Virus record (IMG/VR): IMGVR_UViG_3300044946_000428
Span: 68,777-111,156 of that record
Source: a virus
Reading direction: 5' to 3' (one strand)
DNA length: 42,380 bases
The notes beneath the pieces were generated by a model, which saw only the letters and a list, made by a program, of their open reading frames with translations, ran no database searches and was not told the origin of the DNA. The position numbers were made by a program, and so were the translations under genes. This document shows, piece after piece, positions 1 to 9,274 of this stretch (positions within the stretch are counted from its first letter, which is position 1; the number at the start of each line of letters is the position of its first letter).

Positions 1-27
1 GGCGCGCGGTAGCGTGCACGTGCATTT

Positions 28-94
28 TTGAAAATCTTCAAAGAAGGGCTTGCGATCAAGCTTGGCCACTGTATAACCTGTTGAACATCTTCAA
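28..94 (+). promoter_or_regulatory. Early promoter flanked by two palindromic operators
   Basis: TTGAAAATCTTCAA (28-41) and TTGAACATCTTCAA (81-94) both fit TTGAA-N4-TTCAA. TTGCGA (50-55) and TATAACCT (72-79) lie between them in an AT-rich patch. Confidence 0.75.
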
Positions 95-124
95 AAGCGC
101 ATCTCGCGCCCCTCAGGAGAGCCC

Positions 125-439
125 ATGCCAGCCTCGAACCTTCCTTGGCGTTTCGAGCTCCGCCCCGACGCGCTCGAGCGGACCAACGAAGCCCACGGCA
201 ACACCAGTTCGGACGGTACCCCCGGCCGCAACCACTCCCTCCTGCTCGGCAGCCCCAACCGGATGACCGCCACCAACATCGCCAAGCGGCGCACACTCCC
301 GTCCAACGAAGCACTCGCGACCATCGTCGCGCGCTTCGCCGAAGCCGAGGGCATCGACTGGCCCGACGCCATACCGCGCCTGCTCCAACTCGTACCCAAC
401 ATCCGGCCCATCGAGGTGGAACTGGAGCCCGTCGCGTGA
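125..439 (+). CDS. Putative Cro-like DNA-binding protein
   Basis: AGGAG RBS; first gene after the operator-bearing promoter; HTH-like segment RMTATNIAKRRTLPSNEALATI. Confidence 0.5.
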   Translation: MPASNLPWRFELRPDALERTNEAHGNTSSDGTPGRNHSLLLGSPNRMTATNIAKRRTLPSNEALATIVARFAEAEGIDWPDAIPRLLQLVPNIRPIEVELEPVA

Positions 440-762
440 GCGCCGACGAGCCCGAGAACATGACCGTCCGGGAACTCGCCGTGTTCCTCGGGGCCCGCAC
501 TCCGGATGAGATCAAGTCCGCTGAGCGATGGATCAAGGACCGGCTCATGCCCGGACATCCGGAGCGGCTGCCGCACACGCGGCTCATGCGGAACCGGCCG
601 ACATTCACCAGGCAGCACCGCACGGAGATCCTCGCCCGCTACGACGTGGCCGGCGCCGCCGATGCCGAGCGCGGTCCGATGGCGGAGGTCATCGAGATCG
701 ACTCGAAGACCCTGGCCCGGGCCCGCGCCGCGCATGCGCGCGCCGTTCGCGCGGCCTCGTAG
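436..762 (+). CDS. Putative excisionase-like/HTH DNA-binding protein
   Basis: GTGA overlap; MTVRELAVFLG...WIK...HTRL...PTFTRQH matches the Xis/MerR-type winged HTH pattern. Confidence 0.55.
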   Translation: MSADEPENMTVRELAVFLGARTPDEIKSAERWIKDRLMPGHPERLPHTRLMRNRPTFTRQHRTEILARYDVAGAADAERGPMAEVIEIDSKTLARARAAHARAVRAAS

Positions 763-853
763 CCCCGCAAAAAACTTCGCCGCCCGACCCGGAGGCACCC
801 GGGTCAGAGCGGCTGATGAACCACCAGTTCCGTCAACAAGAGAGAGGGTGGCC

Positions 854-1246
854 GTGTCCACGGTAACTCTGCCCGGCCGTACGGGCAACTCAGAGTCCAT
901 CATCACCCGCGCCGACCTGGCCGCGATCCTCCCGTCCGCGGTCGCCGGCCGCGCGGAGTTCGAGCACTTCGGCGACCGTACCGCCGCATCGGCGCTGCGC
1001 GTCCTCGCCGAGCTCCCGGACTCGGACTGGCACGACGCGGTCCACGAGGGGCACATCGACTTCGCCGCGCTCGTCCTGCAGCGCGGCTGGGACCTCGGGC
1101 GGGCCCTGATGATCAGGGTCGCGGCGTCGTTCTACGGCAGCCCGTTCGCGGGTGCGGACGTGCGCGATCTGGCGGACCTGACGCCGGAGCGGTTCGCCGC
1201 AGTGATGGACGCGCTGCGGATCGCCCGCGAGGGGCTCGCCTCATGA
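854..1246 (+). CDS. Hypothetical phage protein
   Basis: GAGAGG RBS before GTG; GC3-biased codons; coupled to the next gene. Confidence 0.7.
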   Translation: MSTVTLPGRTGNSESIITRADLAAILPSAVAGRAEFEHFGDRTAASALRVLAELPDSDWHDAVHEGHIDFAALVLQRGWDLGRALMIRVAASFYGSPFAGADVRDLADLTPERFAAVMDALRIAREGLAS

Positions 1247-1578
1247 CCGCGTCCGAAGGCGCCGTCGAGATCCCGGTCGGCAAGTACGTGGCGCTGGTCG
1301 ACGCGGCGGACGCCGAACTGGTCCGCGGCTATAGGTGGCTTCCCTATCGCAACCCCAAGACCGGCAAGATCTACGCCCGGGCCGTGGAGGGACGCGACCG
1401 GATCATGATGCACCGCTTGATCGCCGGAACGCCGGAAGGCTTCGATACCGATCACGCCAACAACGACGGCTTGGACAACCAGCGGGCCAATCTCCGGCAC
1501 GCGACGAGGTCGCAGAACAACGGCAACGCCGCGAAGAGGTCACAGCACGCCGGCAAGCCGATCGAGGTCACCGCATGA
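1243..1578 (+). CDS. HNH endonuclease (short, lacking the usual C-terminal DNA-binding domain)
   Basis: ALVDAAD...MHRLI...TDHANNDGLDNQRANLRHATRSQNNGN HNH motif. Confidence 0.85.
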   Translation: MTASEGAVEIPVGKYVALVDAADAELVRGYRWLPYRNPKTGKIYARAVEGRDRIMMHRLIAGTPEGFDTDHANNDGLDNQRANLRHATRSQNNGNAAKRSQHAGKPIEVTA

Positions 1579-1841
1579 CTGCCCTCACCGTCGAGCGCCG
1601 CGGCGCCCGTCTCGCCATCCGCAGCCTGCTCGCGCACCCGGACGTGCTCGCCGCGCTCCTGGACGCGCGGTCCCTGGTCGACGCCGCTGCCGACGCGACC
1701 GGCGAGGTCCGTGAGGACGCGCTCGCCGACCTCGCTGACGCTCTCGCGCACACGTGGATCCTGGTCCCGGCGCGCGACCTGGCCGGCGTCGTCGAGGTCG
1801 TCGTGGGGCTCGAGGCCCGGGCCCTGGTGGGTGCCGCGTGA
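1575..1841 (+). CDS. Hypothetical protein
   Basis: Overlaps at both ends; GC3 bias. Confidence 0.7.
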   Translation: MTALTVERRGARLAIRSLLAHPDVLAALLDARSLVDAAADATGEVREDALADLADALAHTWILVPARDLAGVVEVVVGLEARALVGAA

Positions 1842-2869
1842 CCGCCATCGACGACCGCCCATCCCTGCGTCGGGTCACCCCGACCGCGCGCCTCGTCCTG
1901 CCTGCGGACGCGCCGCGCCACGAGTGGCTGGCCGCGCGGCGCAAGGGCATCGGCGCGTCGGACGTGCCCGCGATCCTTGGTGTCTCCGACTACGGCACGC
2001 CGCGCTCGGTCTACTACGACAAGCGCGGGCAGTCCGTGGACGACGGGAACGAGGCCGCGCACTGGGGCACCGTCCTCGAGGAGCCGGTCGCCCGCGAATG
2101 GGCTCGTAGGAACCGGTCCGTGGTGCGCCGCGTGGGCCTGGTCGCGCACGTCGATGACCCGGTCCTGATGTGCACGCTCGACCGGCGCGTGACCGAGTGC
2201 CCGCTGCCGGATTCGCGCCGGGAGCAGTGCGCCCTTGAGGTGAAGTGCCGTTCGGCGTTCAAGGCGAACCGGTGGCACGCCTCGCTGCCGGACGACATCA
2301 CCGGGCAGATGCTGTGGCAGATCGCGGTGACCGGCTACGACCACTTGCACTACGCGGTCCTCGTCGGTGGCAACGACTACCGGCAGGGCACCGTGCGGCG
2401 GGACGAGCACGAGGCGACGATCCGGCACATCGTCACAGCGTGCAAGCGGCTTTGGAGCGACTTCGTCGTCCCTGGCGTGCTGCCGGCCGCAGATCCGGAG
2501 CGCGGCGATCGTGAGCTTGAGATGTACAAGCGGATGCACCGCAACCGCTCCGGCATCGCCGCGGGCGACTTCGCCGAGGTGACTGAGGCGCTTCTCACTT
2601 ACGAGGAGTACCGGATCGCCGAGTCGGCTGCCGCCCGGAAGAAGAAGGTTGCGCAGGCCGAGTTGATGCGCCTGCTCGGCGACCGCGATGCGGTGCTCGT
2701 GGACGGCCATCTCGCGTTCGAGATGCGGCCGGTCAATCGGGCCTGGGCGAACCTCGAGCGCCTAGCTGAGCGCTACCCGGAGGCGTACCGCGACTGCGTC
2801 GTGGACAAGCCGGGCCGTCAACTGTCGATCGATTCCGAGTTCAAGAAGATGGCGGGGATTTTGTCATGA
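1838..2869 (+). CDS. YqaJ-family viral recombinase (exonuclease)
   Basis: WLAARRKGIGASDVPAILG, WGTVLEEPVA, TLDR, LEVK, Q..WQ..VTG motifs. Confidence 0.93.
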   Translation: MTAIDDRPSLRRVTPTARLVLPADAPRHEWLAARRKGIGASDVPAILGVSDYGTPRSVYYDKRGQSVDDGNEAAHWGTVLEEPVAREWARRNRSVVRRVGLVAHVDDPVLMCTLDRRVTECPLPDSRREQCALEVKCRSAFKANRWHASLPDDITGQMLWQIAVTGYDHLHYAVLVGGNDYRQGTVRRDEHEATIRHIVTACKRLWSDFVVPGVLPAADPERGDRELEMYKRMHRNRSGIAAGDFAEVTEALLTYEEYRIAESAAARKKKVAQAELMRLLGDRDAVLVDGHLAFEMRPVNRAWANLERLAERYPEAYRDCVVDKPGRQLSIDSEFKKMAGILS

Positions 2870-3738
2870 GCCTGATGGAGAGGGCCGCGACGCTCGCGGC
2901 TAGTGCGGACGGGTTCGGCACGGGAGCGTCCGAGGATGTTCCGGCTCTGGCGGTTTACACGCCGATGCCCGACCTGAACATCCCCGACCCGGACCCGAAC
3001 GGCTACCCGCAGATCCCGGTCCACCTCGCGTGGCTGCGTATCCGCGCGGACATCAAGTCGATCGGCAAAAACCGCGAATACAAGGAGTCGCAGCAGGGTC
3101 CGGTGAAGTTCAAGTTCCGCGGGGTCGACGACGCGCTCGAGGCATTCGCGCCGATCACACTGCTGCATGGAGTGAACATCATTCCGGAGCGGGTAGACGC
3201 CTCGTTCCGGGACGCACGCACCTCCACCGGCAAGCCGACGCGCGAATGCACGGTCACCGTTACCTGGCGCATTGTCGGTCCGATGGGTGACTCGTTCGTC
3301 GCCCAGTCAGTCGGCGAGTCGCTGGACAGTGGCGACAAAGGCTCGGGAAAGGCCCAGTCGGTCGCGCTGCGCGTGCTGCTCTTCGGTGCTGGCCTGATCC
3401 CGCCGAACGATCCGACGGTGGACATGTCCACGATCGAGCGCGGCGAGGCGCCAGTGCGCGACGCCGAGTCGTACGTGGCCGAGGTGTTCAACCCGGCGAC
3501 GACGCTCGGGCGCCTGCAGCAGATCTACCGCGAGCTCGTCTCTGCTCGGTTGCGGGATGTCCGGGTGCGTAACGAGATCGGCGAGAGCGAGTCGGTCGGC
3601 GATCTCGTTGTGCGGATCGGCAAGGAGCGCCGGGCGTCCAGCGGCCACGTCGGGCATGGGCCGGGCGGCTGGGCTCAGGACTGCGCGGCGTGCGCGTCGC
3701 AGTCGGCCGCGGACCGCGAGCTGGCGGCCACATCGTGA
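2866..3738 (+). CDS. ERF-family single-strand annealing protein
   Basis: IGKNR...FKFRGVDD...GESLDSGDKGSGKAQSVALR; adjacent to YqaJ. Confidence 0.85.
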   Translation: MSLMERAATLAASADGFGTGASEDVPALAVYTPMPDLNIPDPDPNGYPQIPVHLAWLRIRADIKSIGKNREYKESQQGPVKFKFRGVDDALEAFAPITLLHGVNIIPERVDASFRDARTSTGKPTRECTVTVTWRIVGPMGDSFVAQSVGESLDSGDKGSGKAQSVALRVLLFGAGLIPPNDPTVDMSTIERGEAPVRDAESYVAEVFNPATTLGRLQQIYRELVSARLRDVRVRNEIGESESVGDLVVRIGKERRASSGHVGHGPGGWAQDCAACASQSAADRELAATS

Positions 3739-4043
3739 GCGGCGTCCACCTGACGAGCCTGGAGATCGGCTCCCTCATCATCACCGTCGGCGTCCTGCTG
3801 GGCCTCGCGTGGATGGAGTACGAGAGGCGCCGCGATGAGCGGGAGGTCGCCGAGGCGGCGGGCTGCTTCTGTATGCAGTCCGTGCGCGAGCGCGACGCCG
3901 AGCTCGTTGCCGAACTCGCCGCCCTGCACCCGATGCCGCGGCGTCCCGCGCCGCCGGCCGCCGACCTCGGCGAGCCCTGGCGGTTGCCTGCTTCTGTGAC
4001 CGACCCGGCCCGCTTGGTGGAGCAGGCCGAGACCCATGACTGA
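3735..4043 (+). CDS. Hypothetical membrane-anchored protein
   Basis: N-terminal hydrophobic helix; overlapping start and stop. Confidence 0.6.
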   Translation: MSGVHLTSLEIGSLIITVGVLLGLAWMEYERRRDEREVAEAAGCFCMQSVRERDAELVAELAALHPMPRRPAPPAADLGEPWRLPASVTDPARLVEQAETHD

Positions 4044-5022
4044 CAAGAACGGACTGACCATGACTACGACTGACCAGCAGCGCGAGCTGGCACCCCAACA
4101 GCCCGACCCCCGCGGCGCGAACCAGGCGCACGCCGCCGAGCAGCGCCAGTCCGCGGCGCACGTCGGACACGCCGTCGCCGTCGCCCGGTCCGAGCGGATC
4201 CGCGCGCACCACCTGGGCGCGGACAGCCGCCGCCTGGAGGACGCGTTCGACATCCTCGCCCAGCAGATCAACGGCCGTGAAGACATGACGGTGCTGCGTC
4301 CGGGCAACGTGCTGCGGCACGACGCGGGCTCGCCGGAGCAGGGCACGGCGGATGTCGCGGCGGTCTGCGAATTCGTGGACCGGATCATCAAGGGCGAGTT
4401 GCCGCATGAGGCGCTCGAGGAGATGCATGCGGCGCGGCTGGATCGGCATCTGGCGCCTGCGGTGCGGTATGCGGAGTCGATGTATCAGCGTGCGCATCGG
4501 CTGGATCACGCGGCGACGGTGCAGCCGGCGCTCCCGGCGGGTGCGGTGTTGCAGCCGCCGGTCGGCGTGCCGTTGCCGCGTCGTGAGCCGATCGTCCCGC
4601 AGCCGCCGGAGTTCCCGCCCGCTCCCCCGGAGTCGCCGCTCGAGCAGACCGGCGCGATCGCGTTGAAGGCGGTGGCTTCGCTGCGGAAGGCGGGCGAGAA
4701 GACGGAGAAGTCGGAGGCGGCGCTCGCTCAGTTGAACGGTGGCAAGGGCCCGGACTTCGGGCCGCCGCCGGACCCGCGGTTCGGTGCGGCTTCGGTGCTC
4801 CCGCAGGCGCAGCACACGCAGCGGATGCCGCGCATCGAGGAGACGCAGGCGTACTCGCCGTTCTTCGACGACGAGGAGTCCGCCGAGCCGGCCGGGGACG
4901 GCACCTCGGGGCCGCGCCCTTTCAAGGTTCCGGGGTACGCCCCGGAGGCAACGGACGGGCCGGCGGCAAGCTCCGCAAGGTCGGCGGACGCGGCAAGCGG
5001 AAGCGGTGACGACGATGCCTGA
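4036..5022 (+). CDS. Hypothetical Pro-rich protein
   Basis: 328-aa ORF with GC3 bias, coupled to neighbours. Confidence 0.7.
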   Translation: MTDKNGLTMTTTDQQRELAPQQPDPRGANQAHAAEQRQSAAHVGHAVAVARSERIRAHHLGADSRRLEDAFDILAQQINGREDMTVLRPGNVLRHDAGSPEQGTADVAAVCEFVDRIIKGELPHEALEEMHAARLDRHLAPAVRYAESMYQRAHRLDHAATVQPALPAGAVLQPPVGVPLPRREPIVPQPPEFPPAPPESPLEQTGAIALKAVASLRKAGEKTEKSEAALAQLNGGKGPDFGPPPDPRFGAASVLPQAQHTQRMPRIEETQAYSPFFDDEESAEPAGDGTSGPRPFKVPGYAPEATDGPAASSARSADAASGSGDDDA

Positions 5023-5356
5023 CCCCTGCGTCCTGGCTGCCGCGGTCGCTGCGGCGCGTGATCTGGCTGCCAAATTCCCGAGTGCCGTGGCTGCGCGGAT
5101 CGTGAGCGATGCCGAGCCGTGGCCGGCGCCGCGTTCCGTGGCCGAGGTGATCGTGGACGCCGAGGGCGTGTTCGTGGTGGCGACCGGCCAGGAGCCCACG
5201 CAGCAGCTGTATCTGGTGCACGTTCCGTTGCCGCGTAGTGCGTCGCCGCTGGCCGTGAAGGGCCTGCGGGCGGTGCTGCTGTGGCACGCGGAGTACGGCA
5301 TGCATCTGGTGGCCCGGCAAATCTCGCCTGCCGCGGCCCGGCTGTTCAGACCGTAA
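5015..5356 (+). CDS. Hypothetical protein
   Basis: ATG overlapping the upstream stop; GC3 bias. Confidence 0.6.
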   Translation: MPDPCVLAAAVAAARDLAAKFPSAVAARIVSDAEPWPAPRSVAEVIVDAEGVFVVATGQEPTQQLYLVHVPLPRSASPLAVKGLRAVLLWHAEYGMHLVARQISPAAARLFRP

Positions 5357-5362
5357 CCGACT

Positions 5363-5450
5363 CCGGCCAGTGGCTCCCCTCCACTTCTGGCCGGTAGGCC
5401 GCTCCGGCGGCCACGGGTCGGCGCTGGCTTCTAGATCCAGCGCCGACCTC
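5363..5450 (+). terminator. Three consecutive intergenic hairpins (terminator or structured leader)
   Basis: CCGGCCAG...CTGGCCGG; GGCCGC-TCCG-GCGGCC; GGTCGGCGCTGG...CCAGCGCCGACC. Confidence 0.5.
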
Positions 5451-5488
5451 GGAGGGTCCTAAGTTCCGACTCTGATCTGGAGGGATCC

Positions 5489-5977
5489 ATGACCATCACC
5501 ACCGAATGCCACGAGCGCCCGGGCAGTACCGTCATCGACGGCCCCGCGCCGGACAGCCCCGCGGGCATCGTCTACCGCGCCGTCGACCTCATGCGCGAGC
5601 GCGCCCAGAACGCCACCGACGGCGACTGGTACGCCTCGGACGAGGTCGGGCACGGATTCCACGTCGACTCGCATGACGCCGCCGCCGACTGGCGGGTGGC
5701 GTGGACGGGCGACGAGGAGGCCTCGGACGGCGAGCCCACGAACGCGTACGCAGACATGGAGTTCATCGCGTCATTCGGTCCCGAGCTCGCGGTGCTGCTC
5801 GCGGACTCGTGGGGCCGCCAGGCCGACGACATGAACGACTACTACGGCCACTTCCACGTGATGGTGACCGGCCCGGTTGTCGTGGACGAGCGCGGCGACC
5901 TCCGGCACGACTGGACCGCGACCGTGCGCGCCGCCCTGAAGTACCTGCGCGAGACCACGCCGGCGGTGGCGCAATGA
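5489..5977 (+). CDS. Hypothetical phage protein
   Basis: GGAGG RBS; GC3 bias. Confidence 0.75.
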   Translation: MTITTECHERPGSTVIDGPAPDSPAGIVYRAVDLMRERAQNATDGDWYASDEVGHGFHVDSHDAAADWRVAWTGDEEASDGEPTNAYADMEFIASFGPELAVLLADSWGRQADDMNDYYGHFHVMVTGPVVVDERGDLRHDWTATVRAALKYLRETTPAVAQ

Positions 5978-6519
5978 TCCCGATGCCGTACGACGGCGAC
6001 ATCAAGCGTCTCGCTCCGCTGCCCTCGTCCTGCGAGTCCTACTGCCACCGGTGCAGTGGGACGCTCGCGCCCGAGTTCGAGTTCACGTGCGTGTGCGGCC
6101 ACCTGCCGTACAAGGAACTGCACTACCTCGCGCCGGGCGCTGACGGCGGCTGGCAGCAGATGTGCAACGTGTGCGGGTTCGACACGTCCGTCGGGCAGTG
6201 TCCGCTGCACGCCCCGCACGACATCCCGGGGCTCGATCGGGTCGAGTGCCGTACGGTCCCGCCGCACGAGCCGACCTGGACCGTGGCGTCCGAGGCCAGG
6301 TACGAGAACTGGTGCCCGTGGTGCCTGCTCGACCAGGAGCGCGAGCGGCATCCGGAACCGGACGCGCACGAGGGCCACGGCCGGTGGCGGTCGTGGCGGA
6401 TCACGATGCGGATGGTGCGTGTCCTCGAGGTCACGCGGCTCTCGACGGGCCACACGTTCCGCGTCGGTGGAGGCTGTACCGGTTGCGTGCACCGGGTGGG
6501 TTGGCGGTGGGTCCGATGA
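5974..6519 (+). CDS. Cys-rich putative zinc-binding protein
   Basis: Multiple CxxC motifs (CHRC, CNVC, CPWC, CTGC); ATGA overlap. Confidence 0.7.
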   Translation: MIPMPYDGDIKRLAPLPSSCESYCHRCSGTLAPEFEFTCVCGHLPYKELHYLAPGADGGWQQMCNVCGFDTSVGQCPLHAPHDIPGLDRVECRTVPPHEPTWTVASEARYENWCPWCLLDQERERHPEPDAHEGHGRWRSWRITMRMVRVLEVTRLSTGHTFRVGGGCTGCVHRVGWRWVR

Positions 6520-7025
6520 CGACGCTCGCCACTTTCTCGGATGAGGACCTGCTGTTGATGATCCGCGCGGACATCGAGGCGGAGGGCGCTCTTGCTGCCG
6601 GCCTGCGGGCTTTGACGGTCCGCAACCGCCCGGTCCCGTGGGCTGGGCTGATTGCCGCTCGGATCAAGCCTGTGGAGAACCGGTCCCGTCGGACGAACCA
6701 CCGCGGCCCGGTCCTGATCCACGCGTCGGCGAGCCACAAGCCGCTCGCTGCGTACACGGCTCCGGATGGTGTCGCCCACGAGATTCCGCGGCGCCTTCAG
6801 GCGTGCGGCCGGATCCTCGCGCTTGCCATGATCGAGGACTGCCACCAGGCCGACGGCTGCTGCACCCCATGGGGCGAACCGGACGGCTTCCACTGGGTTC
6901 TGAGCGGCGTGCGCGCCCTGCCGAAGCCGATCCCGGCCCGTGGCGCGCTCGGGTTCTGGCGTCCCGGCCAGGACACCGTCGCCGAGGTCCTGCGGCAGTT
7001 GCAGGCGGTGCGCAATGCCGACTGA
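6516..7025 (+). CDS. ASCH domain protein
   Basis: ALTVR..PWAGLIAARIKPVENRSRRTNHRGPVLIHAS...HWVL...LPKPIPARGALGFW signature. Confidence 0.88.
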   Translation: MTTLATFSDEDLLLMIRADIEAEGALAAGLRALTVRNRPVPWAGLIAARIKPVENRSRRTNHRGPVLIHASASHKPLAAYTAPDGVAHEIPRRLQACGRILALAMIEDCHQADGCCTPWGEPDGFHWVLSGVRALPKPIPARGALGFWRPGQDTVAEVLRQLQAVRNAD

Positions 7026-7245
7026 CGTTCGCTTCAACCCGTACGCCGGATTCGCCGCTTCCGATGAGGCGGCGCCGGACGTCGAGTACCTCGTGGCCCA
7101 GCGTGCCCTGTTCGTGGACCTGTGCGTCGTGTACGCGGCGGGCAACGCAGCGGACGGCGACTGGTACGTCGACCCATCCGTCTGCGCAAACACGTGGCTC
7201 AACGCGCTCGCCGACCACGCCTATTCGCAGGAGGCCGGCCAGTGA
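7015..7245 (+). CDS. Hypothetical protein
   Basis: Coupled small ORF with GC3 bias. Confidence 0.6.
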   Translation: MPTDVRFNPYAGFAASDEAAPDVEYLVAQRALFVDLCVVYAAGNAADGDWYVDPSVCANTWLNALADHAYSQEAGQ

Positions 7246-7559
7246 CCGCGTCCATTACGGAGAAGCAGTTCCTCCAGCAGGTGTGCGACCTGGCCCAGTA
7301 CACCGGCTGGTCGGCGTATCACACCCATGACTCGCGGCGCTCCGAACCTGGTTTCCCCGATCTCGTACTCGCCAACCCGAAGCAGCAGCGCGTCGTCTAC
7401 GCGGAGCTCAAGGCCCAGCGCGGCAGGGTGAGCGAGGATCAGCGCCGCTGGCTCGACATGCTCGAGGACTGCGGTGCCGAGGTCGCGCTGTGGCGTCCCG
7501 CGGACATGCCCGTGATCGAAGCCGTGCTCAAGGGGCAGCGGATCGGGGGTGTCGCATGA
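7242..7559 (+). CDS. VRR-NUC domain nuclease
   Basis: TEKQF...HTHDSRRSEPGFPDLVL...AELK...GRVSEDQRRWL. Confidence 0.9.
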   Translation: MTASITEKQFLQQVCDLAQYTGWSAYHTHDSRRSEPGFPDLVLANPKQQRVVYAELKAQRGRVSEDQRRWLDMLEDCGAEVALWRPADMPVIEAVLKGQRIGGVA

Positions 7560-9274
7560 CCATCACTGCCGAACTGGTGGCCTCCCTCCGCGGCGGCGAC
7601 GTCACCGTGTACGACGAGTTCTGCGGCGGCGGAGGCTCCATGAAGGGTATCCGCGCCATCCCCGGGATGCGCCCGGTGTTCGCCGCGAACCACGACCCGC
7701 ACGCCATCGCCACGCATGCCGCGAATAACCCCGGCGTAGATCATTTTCAGGGTGATGTTCAGAAGACTGATATCACCAAGTTTCCCCACGCGGCATTTTT
7801 CTGGTCAAGTCCAGCTTGCCCGAAATGGACCAACGCCCGCGGTGTCGAGCGCGACTTCGACAAGGCGAACCAGATTGCGATCCCCGGCATGGAGATCGAG
7901 GTCGACGAGAACGTGAAGCGGTCCCGTGCCCTGATGGAGGAAGTGCCACGCTACCTCGCGCACTGGGCACGCCGCGGGCGGCCGGTCCTTGCCGGGGTCG
8001 TCGAGAACGTCATCGAGTGCAGGCTGTGGTCCGACTGGGGCCGCTGGCGCCGTGAGATCGAGGACATCGGCCCGTACCGCACGCGCCTGTTCGCGTTCAA
8101 CTCCATGCACGCCGACGGGACCGTCAACGCGCGAGCGCCGCAGTCCCGCGATCGCCTGTACCTGGCCTACTGGCACGCACTGCTCGGCCGGGACCCGGAC
8201 TGGGACAAGTGGCTGCGCCCTCTCGCTCACTGCGAGCGCTGTCGCCAGGACGTTCGGGCGGTCCAGGTGTTCAAGGACCCGTCGAAGGACATGGGCCGGT
8301 ACAAGTCGCAGTACGTTTACAGGTGCCCGACTGCGGGATGCCGCGGCGTTGAGGTGCACCCGCACGTGATGCCCGCAGCCTCGGTCATCGACTGGTCCGA
8401 CCTTGGCACCCCGATCGGGGAACGCAAGGACGGCCCGCCGAAACCGAAGACGATGGCGCGTCTCGGCGTGGGAATTCTCAAGTTCGGCAAGCCGATGGTC
8501 GTCCCGGCCGGTGGCACGTGGCGCACGAACGCGACGCAGGCGGCCGAGCCGTTTCCGGCGCGCACCACCCGTGAGTCCGACGCGCTCGCCGTCCCGCCGC
8601 TGCTCGTCCCAGTCGAGGGCCGGCCGGGCAAGGACGCCGCATCGGTTCTCGCTCCGTCGCGTACGCAGACCACGCGCGCGGAGACGGCGCTGGCGATTCC
8701 GCCGTTCATCGCGACGCTGCGGGGCGGCGGCTCGGCCAAGACCCCGCACGGAATCGACGAGGCGGTCACCACCGTGAGCGCGTCCGGGAACCATCACGGC
8801 TTGGCGCTCCCGCCGGACATCGCGCTGCTCGTGCCGTACTACAGCACGGGTGTCGCGCGGCCGAGCAGCGAACCGGTGGGCGCGCTGACGACGAAGGACC
8901 GGTACGCGCTCGCCCGCACCCCGATGCACGTCGACCCCGAAGCCATCACCCGGGCGGTCGGTGAGATCGAGCGGATCGAGAAGTTGATCCTGGCGATCCC
9001 CGAGTCCCGGCGCAAGGCCGAGCGCGGCCCGTTCGACGCGGAAGCGGCCAAGCACGCGGCGGCGATGGGCCTGGACCCAGTGCGGTTCCGGATGCTGGGT
9101 GTCGCGGAGATCCGGCGGGCGATGGGCGCGGGAGACGACTACATCCTGTTGCCCGCGGCCAAGCGCGACAACATCAGGCTGCTGGGGAACATGGTGACGC
9201 CGCCGGTCGCCGAGTTGTTCGCGGGCGCGCTCATGGAGGTCATCTCCGGCGAGCCGTTGGAGCGTGCGCTGTGA
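7556..9274 (+). CDS. DNA cytosine-5 methyltransferase (phage orphan type)
   Basis: FCGGGG (motif I), SPAC (IV), ENV (VI), PQSRDR (VIII), GNMVTPP (X). Confidence 0.92.
   Translation: MTITAELVASLRGGDVTVYDEFCGGGGSMKGIRAIPGMRPVFAANHDPHAIATHAANNPGVDHFQGDVQKTDITKFPHAAFFWSSPACPKWTNARGVERDFDKANQIAIPGMEIEVDENVKRSRALMEEVPRYLAHWARRGRPVLAGVVENVIECRLWSDWGRWRREIEDIGPYRTRLFAFNSMHADGTVNARAPQSRDRLYLAYWHALLGRDPDWDKWLRPLAHCERCRQDVRAVQVFKDPSKDMGRYKSQYVYRCPTAGCRGVEVHPHVMPAASVIDWSDLGTPIGERKDGPPKPKTMARLGVGILKFGKPMVVPAGGTWRTNATQAAEPFPARTTRESDALAVPPLLVPVEGRPGKDAASVLAPSRTQTTRAETALAIPPFIATLRGGGSAKTPHGIDEAVTTVSASGNHHGLALPPDIALLVPYYSTGVARPSSEPVGALTTKDRYALARTPMHVDPEAITRAVGEIERIEKLILAIPESRRKAERGPFDAEAAKHAAAMGLDPVRFRMLGVAEIRRAMGAGDDYILLPAAKRDNIRLLGNMVTPPVAELFAGALMEVISGEPLERAL

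Noticed and set aside
7556-9274. Restriction-modification system
   Set aside because: No cognate restriction endonuclease is evident. The adjacent VRR-NUC is a common phage resolvase-type gene, so the methyltransferase appears to be an orphan.
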